Source of the DNA: Eledone cirrhosa
Lineage: Eukaryota
DNA length: 64,000 nucleotides
Direction of reading: 5' to 3'
NCBI GenBank assembly: GCA_964016885.1
Contig: OZ024745.1
Coordinates: forward strand, 111,910,001 to 111,974,000
Position numbers and translations under genes: made by a program. The stretch's first letter is position 1; every line of letters begins with the position of its first letter. Below are positions 55,217-64,000 of this stretch, in pieces. The notes under the pieces are model-generated. The model was not told the DNA's origin. It searched no databases and worked only from the letters and a program-made list of their open reading frames with translations.

Positions 55217-55699
55217 AGAGAGAGAGAGCTACATATATAGATATATTTGAGTTACTTATTAGATATAGTTAGACAGATAGATAAATTGATAGACAGATCG
55301 ATAGACCGATAGATAGAAGTGAATGGAAGCTTAGGTTTTAGATTGCTATACAATTATATTCAATGCTATTGAATACTATCTTTTATTAATATCTTCCCAG
55401 AAAAATCAACCAAGCAAGAATGATAGTTAAATTAATGTTAACATTTTTAATACAGGCAGTATTAAAAGTGTCACTTGAAATAAATATTTGGTGAGGAAAT
55501 TTGAGGTATTGTGACTTCATTAGAAATAATATATTCTACATAGTAAATAGCAAAGGAAACATGTAAGTGACATGGGAGTGTGTAAGTAAGTTATCATTTT
55601 ACATCATGCTTGCATGAGTTGGACAAAACCTGGTGCTTATCTTGATTTCATGAGCATTAAATGACTGAAAGTACATGACTTCCCCTGAACTTGAACTTC

Positions 55700-58330
55700 C
55701 GTGGTTGAGGAGTTGGTCATGAATTGGCCAAGCTCCCTGGCATGTGTTGAATCATAAAGGAGGAATTAAGGATGTGATGAAGGTTAAGGGGTTAGGAGGC
55801 ATGTTTTGCCTCTCTGCTTATGTTTCTTCCTGCAGATCATCCAAACTAGGTGATTTGTCCCTTGTGCAACTACTTTCCACCATCCACATTTCTGTTATCA
55901 AATTTTTGTAGCACTTTGCATCTCCTGTCAAGCCATCAAGGTAGACACTAAAGTTCACCACTGTCTCTGGTTCACTGCTCACCTCAAATAGTTGAGCAAT
56001 GTGCTGTTGGAAGGCTGACTACAGCAGCAAAGAATTGAAGAGTGCATGCCCGCCCTAGTCCATCAAAGTCCTAATTCTGTCTATATTGCCATGTCTGGAT
56101 CTATTGTCCCTATCTGGATGTATAAAACAGCTTTCATTCCTTCGTGTTTTACTACATCTACCTTAGCTCTGACAATACAACCTTTATGTTTTACATTGAA
56201 GAAATGGTCTTGCTGCAGTATATTTCAATGCCTTTCCTACTCACTATCTTTCTTTCTAATCTATTTTATCTATTGCTATTTCTTTGCTACACTTTATTGA
56301 TTCTACTTTAATCTATCTCCCACTGCTGGTTGTTTATGCTTGCCCTTGTCAACTGCTACTTATTTATGTATCTAATCTGCTTTTAGTAGGCTTTCAGACT
56401 TCCAATAGCCAGACCCTTGTCTATGTGTTCTAAGTTGACTGTGCAGATCACAAATTTGTATCTGTATAATCAATTAGTTGAAATTGTGAACATCCTACAC
56501 TGTTTCTGTCTGTTGACTTAACAAATATGCTATCTAGCTATGATCTGGATGACCCGATGCTCGAAGGCTCCCAAACTTCTTTCTTCAATTAATGTGCCAT
56601 ATGTTGTTCCAGATGAATTTCAAGTACAATTCCACCGGAACTGGGTTTAGATTGTTAAATTTTTGATATTTTATCATACCATTTGTGTGGGGGCCCAAGT
56701 TTGTTAACCTTGTGGCAGGCCTTGGAAACTGATCTCTGATCTTAATCAGGCAAATGACAATAATTTGAGAGAAACTCATATGCAAGAAGAAGATGAAGAA
56801 CCATTTCTGTGATATGGAGTGCATTTTGCTTTCTGTTCATAATGTTATCTAGGTGTTACAAGTGTGTCTGGTACTGTGACACAGTTTCTGTGTTGCAGTT
56901 TCAAATCTTTTCTGTCTTGGGTCTGGTGGGTCATATTAGTGGGAGTGCATTTAGGGAAGAGGTGTTGTTGTTCCTACTTGGCTTAGCCATTAGCTGGCAT
57001 AATGTTCCTCGCACTATTGCTAGTAGTGTTATTATGGATGGCGGCTATCATTACCACTCTTGTTGCTGCTGTTACTCTAGGGCCTGCTTGTACTGCTGTT
57101 GGGGGTGCTGGTGCTGCTGTTGGGGGTGCTGGTGCTGCTGCTGCTGTTGGGGGTGCTGGTGCTGCTGCTGCTGTTGGGGGTGCTGGTGTTGCTGTTGGGG
57201 GTGCTGGTGCTGCTGTTGGGGCTGCTGGTGCTGCTGTTGGGGGTGCTGGTGCCGCTGTTGGGGCTGCTGGTGCTACTGTTGGGAGTGCTTGTGCTGCTGT
57301 TGGTGCTGCTGATACTGCTGTTTGGAGTGCTTGTGCTGCTGTTGGTGCTGCTGGTGCTACTGTTGGGGGTGCTTGTGCCACTGTTGTTGCTGCTGGTGCT
57401 GCTGTTGGGAGTGCTTGTGCTGCTGTTGGTGCTGCTGATACTGCTGTTTGGAGTGCTTGTGCTGCTGTTGGTGCTGCTGGTGCTACTGTTGGGAGTGCTT
57501 GTGCTGCTGTTGGTGCTGCTGGTGCTACTGTTGGGAGTGCTTGTGCTGCTGTTGGTGCTGCCGGTGATGCTGTTGGGAGTGCTTGTGCTGCTGTTGGTGC
57601 TGCTGGTGCTACTGTTGGGAGTGCTTGTGCTGCTGTTGGTGCTGCTGGTGCTGCTGTTGGGAGTGCTTGTGCTGCTGTTGCTGCTGTTGGTGCTACTGTT
57701 GGAGGCAGCTGGTGCTGCTGTTGGAAGTGCTGGTGCTACTGTTGGTGCTGCTGGTGCTACTGTTGGGAGTGCTTGTGCTGCTGTTGCTGCTGTTGGTGCT
57801 ACTGTTGGAGGCAGCTGGTGCTGCTGTTGGGAGTGCTGGTGCTACTGTTGGAGGTGCTGGTGCTGTTGTTGGTGCTGCTTCTGGTGCTGCTGCTGGTGCT
57901 ACTGCTGGTGCTGCTGCTGGTGGTGCTGCTGTTGGGGCCACTCAGGCCATTTTTGATCTCACTATTCATATTGTTACATTTGTTTTTTTCTCTCTATTAT
58001 TTTGGTCATTGCTGTTTTTGTCTTCTTTTTATTATTATTGTTGTTGTTGTTATTGCTGTGAATGTCCATACTGCCATCTTTGGTGCCAGTAGTAATCTTC
58101 TGTAGTGTTATATTATCTTTCTTCTTTTGTCTTTGTTGTTACTGTCACCAGTGGTGAATGGGGGTTTAACAGACTGTCTGTTCATGATTGAGTTGTTGTT
58201 GTTGTTGTTGTTGTTGTTAGTGCAACCTAGTGCAGCAGTGGCGGTGGTTTCTTGTTCACTGACAGCTTTCCTGCACATGTTTTGAGAGGTTGTTGTTGTT
58301 GTTACTGCCTGTTGTAGTTGTGACAATGGC
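55700..58330 (-). mobile_element. Decayed L1/Tx1-like LINE (ORF2 fragment at about 55830-56110; possible ORF1 relic upstream)
   Basis: AFQQHIAQLF..NFSVYLDGL..CTRDKSPSLDDL resembles the Tx1 'KSPGLDGL' pre-RT region. The upstream extent is inferred only. Confidence 0.5.
57090..57940. repeat. GCT/GTT-rich minisatellite (about 39-bp unit gttgggagtgcttgtgctgctgttggtgctgctggtgctact)
   Basis: Tandem units with phase shifts near 57710 and 57815. Confidence 0.9.
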
Positions 58331-58604
58331 AACAGGGGAGAGAAGAAGATGATGTTATCTTGTAATATTTAAGTTGCTTTTTCTTTTTTACAAAACAAAA
58401 TCTAAAAAGAAAGTTTTTGAATTTCTACCTCAAGGTATGATTAACAAAAAAAAGTCAACTTATTCCTCCTGCGGTTAGTTTGCTTAACAATACTCAATGA
58501 CAAAAATTATAACAATAACAAGTCTTCAAGTAATGAAGCAAATTTTCAGCAATAATTTCAAAACTTAGTGCAGCAAAATACACGTGACACGTAATCCAGA
58601 ATCA

Positions 58605-59025
58605 ATAATTGTTTTTACTTTGAAGGGGAGGGGGAAAGTCAATTAAATCAACCCCAGTGTATTACTGGTGCTATATTTAATTGACCATGTAAGGATGAAA
58701 GGCAAAATTAACTTTGGTGGCATTTCAACTCAGAATGTAATGGACCGTAACTCTATACCACAAAGCATGTTGTCAGATGCTCCACCGATATTGCCAATCC
58801 ACTGTCCCTGAACCAATAATAATGATCGTTTAATAATTAAAGTACAAAGAGGAAGGGTACAGTGAATTATATCGATCTCAGTACTTGGCTGGTACTTTAT
58901 TTTATTGACTCTGGAAGGTTGAAAGGCATAGCTGGCATCAGCATGATTTGAATTCAGACCGTAATGAGCCGTAACTAAATGCCTCAAGACATTTTGTCCA
59001 ATGCTGCAATTGTTCTGGCAATCCA
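58605..59025 (-). mobile_element. Two decayed SINE A copies
   Basis: ctggtactttattttattgac...gaaaggca motifs. Confidence 0.7.
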
Positions 59026-59164
59026 TTTTAAAGTCTCTTCATACAATACAGCAATGTGTCACAAATGGATTACAAAGATATGTGATGACAAAGAGCAGGA
59101 GCAAAAATGTTTTACAATATTTTCAGATATAAAGAAAAAACAAAAATTAAATAAATGAATATCA

Positions 59165-59410
59165 TCAGCATTATCTTCACCGTTTAGTGTCCATTTTTCC
59201 ACGCTGGCATGGGTTAGATGAGTTATCCTGTTGTGAGCAATGCCATGTCAGCTGACCATATCATGCTCATACAGAACTGATTTTGGCTTGGTTTCTACTG
59301 CTGGATGCCCTTCCTAGCGCCAACCTTATTTACAGTGAGTACTGGGTGCCTTTTTGTCGTGACGCCTACACGACCACTCTACAGTGTGGAATGGGTGCTT
59401 TTTGTCATGA
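59165..59410 (-). mobile_element. SINE-B/RTE-tail element
   Basis: gctggatgcccttcctagcgccaacc motif. Confidence 0.75.
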
Positions 59411-59606
59411 AAATATAAATAAAACAAATAAAAACAATCACTCACACATGGGTGAGATGTGACCACAGATTGAATGAGGACACTGCACCAACATTTACCA
59501 CTTTATGTTTTTGGTTCTAGAACCTGGGACTCCTGAAAGTTCTTCTGAACAGTCTTGATGCTAGACTGACCTTGACTCTTGCAACATCTTCTAGGTAGTT
59601 TATATA

Positions 59607-60025
59607 CATGGGTCAGCTGAAAATTTCATAGGCTGACCAAGTTACTCTCATGGAATGTGGCCAAATGAGTTTTATTTTTCAACATAGTCCTTCTTCCATC
59701 AGTGTTGCCGTGCCTGGATCCCATTGGTAGAGAAGCTTTCATCCTGTTGGTAAAAATAAGTCATCATCAGCAGATATGACGTCATCATCACTACGATACT
59801 GGCTCCCATCTAAATAATTTTTCATGTTGGGGAACAGATGATAGATGGGGCCAAATTAGGAGAATAGTTACTTTTGAAGTTTTCTTTGAACAGTCAGATA
59901 TCAGTTTAACTGGAAAGAAACAATGCAGTTATTAATAAGCAGAGTTGAAATTAATGCATGCAAGATTTCACAGCTCTAGCATCACTCCTTCATAGCCAGT
60001 CTATGAACTTTTCACCCTACCCTTG
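59607..60025 (-). mobile_element. Internally deleted mariner element
   Basis: TA-flanked TIRs catgggtcagctgaaaatttcatag / ctatgaacttttcaccctacccttg. C-terminal DESFSTNGIQARQH*WKKDYVEK*. Confidence 0.8.
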
Positions 60026-61042
60026 TATAGTTCTTGTTAGCTGGATTGGTCTATTGTTGGATCAGAAAGTGGATAGTTGTGTAGTACACCATCCTTTTCT
60101 GTCTTCTTGCCTTGTCATCAGTCTTAAAGATCAAGCATACTCTTCCTTATTCCCTGTCCTGGACAAGGAACTGCACTCTTCTCACACACTGGTCAGAGCT
60201 CTGCTATTTCTCCTTCAAAGACATGGAAATTCTCCCTGTTATTTGCAACTCAGAAGTTTGCTACTTACCTCCTCACTATGTCTTGGGAAAATTCTTCGGT
60301 AAAGCAGGCTCTACATTTTTCAACATATGTTTTCTACATCTTAGGGAAGGTCTTCAACATGTCACCTCCACACATAGATTTATCGATAAGAATTGGTTCA
60401 TATTGAACAGCTCATGATCTACAATGTGTTTCAAAAATTGAGTTGTTGCTGTTGTCATTGCTCTTTCTACTAATTATACTAATTTGTTTTTTCCATTTAA
60501 ATTAATATTTTCAACAATTATATTTTTGTGTTTTCTATTTTGCAATTGTGTTTATGCTTGAAGCTGTGTCTGTTTGGTTAATATTTACAATGTCTGTTCT
60601 GTTTCAAAGTCCATTTTCATGTTTGAAAATATTTGGAGGCATGCTTGTTTACATTTTTCAAGCTACTGCTACAACTACTGTGGCAAACACCTCTTCCTGA
60701 AACTTGTGAGGCAGCCATATTGCAGCGTGAATAAACATTGCAAATGGATGATGGTAAAAATACAGTTAAATAAAACAGTGTCATGACAAACATTTTCCCA
60801 CTTAAGGGAATTTAGCTGGTGGTGGTCATATTTTAAAAGCCTTTGTCAATATTTCAGATTGACAAACAGAAAACAGATCTTTTTTCATCAATTAAACATA
60901 GTAAATCAATTTTCAAGGGCCCTGTGAAACACAACTTTTCATAACAAATAGCAACAATAATTCTTTATCTGCCACGAAGGACCATTCATTCAATATAAAA
61001 CACCCTGATAAGATTTACAATATGATGGGAGATGTATGTAAA

Positions 61043-61098
<56 letters not shown>

Positions 61099-61142
61099 CA
61101 TACACACACACACACATACATACATACATACATACATACATT

Positions 61143-61814
61143 CATGATGGCTGCCCCCTCGTTGTCGAGTATGGCCATTGAACGATATACCATTATTAAT
61201 AATTATTAATTAATTCTATCGTGCAATTCCTGTGCGTGAAGAAGATATTTTTTAAAGTGAGGAAAGACTGTGCACTGAGTCAATCCCACTCTCTGAGCGA
61301 CAGTAGCTATAACCCGAAAAGAAGAAAAGATCAACATCATCGGTAACTACTGAGCCGCAGGTGTTATATCGGAGTTATCCCAGTTTCCTGAGTTGCCTTC
61401 TCATAGAAGAATCCACTGACAAAGGCAAGGGATCCTTCACTCCCAGTGATTTAACCATGTGATCGGGCGTCCAGCCCAACTATTTCTATGTCCCCGCGCA
61501 TATACATACACATGCACCCATGTATATACACATATACATATACATACATATGTACATACATATTTACACATTTTGGATGGCCGTTGACCCTTATGAGTTC
61601 TTCTGCCTTTTATCAGGTTTTGTTTTTTGTCCTGCAGGGTGTCTCAAATCACCCTCCTCACCAAGTTTACTTGGTGAGGAGGGTGATCGGCGACTAAACC
61701 AGAAACCTCACCAAGTTTACTTGGTTAGGTTGCTGGTTTAGTCGCCAATGACCCGACCATGCGACAGGTTGTACTGGGTTACATGTTACCAGTAGCACTC
61801 AAGAGTGACCTGAC
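61143..61814 (-). mobile_element. Family D subfamily D2 copy
   Basis: Minus strand gtcaggtcactcttgagtgc...ggcagccatcat, flanked by (CATA)n. Confidence 0.85.
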
Positions 61815-62099
61815 ATACAAACATACATGCATATTAACATTATATGAGATCCAGATAATAACATTGAAGCAACATCTTCAACAGAAGAAAACGGTCAGCA
61901 GCCTCCTTTCCCAAGCTTATCAGTTGAAAATACTAGTATTGTTAGGATAGTCACTGATCTAGAAATGAGACATGAAATAAAACCTGATACAAATCTCCCT
62001 CTCAGGAACATTGGAAAACTTTACTCAATACTCGAACAAAATAAAAATATGAACCAATTCATTGAAAATGTTGTACAAGGGTGCTTGAGATGAAAAACA

Positions 62100-62510
62100 C
62101 TGACCATAGAAGGGCTAAACCATACTAAAAGCCTGATATGGTGTTCCAACAAGTTCATAAAAATCCCACCTTGAAGGATATCTCCATGCAATCCAGGAAC
62201 AAGAAACCCCCACCAAGTACCTACTGCACAAAAGAGGAAAGTCTTCAGTTGACAATAAATGTAAACTATAAAATAAAGATAGATGTTAGCTACATTATTG
62301 CTAACTGTGAAAGAATGTCTTCTCGATATTACCTCCCCATGAGGTATGATATGATAGCTAGACTGATCTGGAATGCATTATGGAAGATGAAAATCAAATC
62401 AGATAGGGAGGAATATATTGAGACTGATGTCTTAAAGGAACACTGGTGGAACCTAAAACTAATAACTGCCACCAAATTAAAGCACAACCAGCATGTGTTT
62501 TTGTAACATT
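62100..62510 (+). mobile_element. R4/Dong-like LINE zinc-knuckle/RLE relic
   Basis: DVSYIIANCERMSSRYYLPMRYDMIAR...EHWWNLKLITATKLKHNQ. Confidence 0.65.
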
Positions 62511-62888
62511 CACTTAAAGAAAATAATATTGAGAATGAGACAGGATAGTCAGAGTGACCACAAGATTGTGTTATTAAACAAGATATAAGATTAACTTGAA
62601 CAAAATAATAATGAGAAGAATGTCAACTGCCAACCTTGGAGAGCATATAATAGATATGATACTGCCCCCCCCCCCCCCCTCCACACTCCTGAAATAATTC
62701 ACTAATGTTATAGGATATGGACCACTTCTATCAGGTTATAGCAAAGGTAGTAGCCAAAGGGGTTGATTACAACGTAAGGAATCTGAGAAGAGACAGACAA
62801 ATATCTTTGTGAACAGATACAAGGTAGCACCAGGAAGTCAGTCAACTAGAGTTTCTTAAAGGTGAACTAAAGAAAGAAGTATTATTAA

Positions 62889-63129
62889 CCCTTTTGATAG
62901 CAAACCCTCTGAAACTGCCTCTGGTTTTATGATACAAAACTATTTGTTTTAAAGTGTTTATATTCATATAAAAGCATTTCATCATAATTTTATGTATGAA
63001 CTGTTGCTAAGTTATATTCCAAACACCAACTTAGTTTTACTATTTAATTCTTTTAAATTCTTCATTATTTTCAAGATTATCTGAAAATCAAAAGCAATTT
63101 GTTTCATTAGACATATGGTAATGAAAGGG
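62889..63129 (+). mobile_element. piggyBac-like MITE
   Basis: TTAA|cccttttgatagc...ggtaatgaaaggg|TTAA. Confidence 0.8.
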
Positions 63130-63299
63130 TTAAAACACTAGAAAGAAAATACAATGTTGGGATATAACATCAGGTTGTTGTTGCAGTTCCTTTGAGAAAT
63201 TCATAATGTTGATAGTTAAACAATTAATATGCCACTGGTTGATTATGTGTAATGTCTGAATGAGTATCTTCCACTTCCAACTAACTTACTCTCCGTTTC

Positions 63300-63685
63300 T
63301 TGGTTCCAGCCATCAGGATGGAGAATACATTGCCTCAGAGGACGGCAAGGGAGGTGTGCTAGAACAGTCACTCCACCATGCGGGACTCGCACCTGTGAGC
63401 AGCCTACTCTGCTTCGATAGCAGTGAACAGGGATGTGGTGTGGGGGTCAAGAACACTGGAAGTCTCCACTGCTATAGGCGCTACCCACAAACTTATCAGA
63501 GAGCAGCCGATACTTGAACAGTTTGCCCTCTTTGGCCTGACGGGCAGCAGAGCCTGGGCTGGTAGCTGAACGCACCAGGCTGCCACTAGAGAAGGCGTCA
63601 CAGCATCTATCATCCCAGATGCAGGGCATACCCCCATAGAATGGGAAGATTATCACATTGTCTGGCCTTTTGCCATCCCCTCAGA
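63300..63685 (-). mobile_element. CRE-clade LINE restriction-like endonuclease relic
   Basis: DGKRPDNVIIFPF..CIWD..CCDAF...PIAVETS...LAVL*GNVFSIL. Confidence 0.8.
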
Positions 63686-63736
63686 TGTTATAATTAAAGA
63701 CCTGAAGTAAAGAGTGAAGCTAAGATAAAACAATGT

Positions 63737-63920
63737 GTGAGTAAAATAGAAAAGCTCCAACAGAACTGGTTGTTTCAGAATAATTACAAGAGATTGTACG
63801 AGAAACTGGATACAACAATTAAGTATCAGATGCAGAGAGAAGGAAATGATTTTGAAGTGGTGTATGGAGTGAGAAAGTTATTCACAGAGGGAATAGGAGG
63901 AGAGGAAAATAAATTAAGAT
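63737..63920 (+). mobile_element. R4/Dong-like LINE N-terminal relic
   Basis: QQNWLFQNNYKRLYEKL motif. Confidence 0.5.
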
Positions 63921-64000
63921 AAGTAACAGCAGGTTGATAGAGTAATCACTTTGAAACTCATCACAAACCAAGCTGCAAAATTACCTATTTGAAATGCACT

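Noticed and set aside
60100-60420. Coding-like minus-strand stretch
   Set aside because: Multiple stops in every frame and no recognisable motif.

Overview
A gene-poor, repeat-saturated eukaryotic window. The SINE families, dense (TA)/(TG)/(ACC) microsatellites and LINE relics strongly suggest an octopod cephalopod genome (inference). I found no convincing host protein-coding gene: nearly all long ORFs in the track are translations of simple repeats. Real coding signal is limited to decayed transposons: RTE, L1/Tx1, CRE, R4/Dong and I/Jockey-like LINEs, a Penelope GIY-YIG relic, and Tc1/mariner transposases. There are also hAT and piggyBac MITEs with target-site duplications (TSDs) and many copies of two tRNA-derived SINE families. 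The most striking unexplained structure is a set of short non-coding fold-back elements sitting in (TA)n tracts. Several carry minimal type-I hammerhead ribozyme motifs (28191-28233, 27988-28035, 34297-34394, 36904-36948 / 42529-42573). One perfect 330-bp palindrome (42148-42477) carries a complete hammerhead on each strand, and one hairpin element occurs in two copies whose centres look like flip/flop isomers. These look like a diverse, partly recent population of non-autonomous Penelope-like or retrozyme-like elements. Repeat boundaries were estimated by eye.
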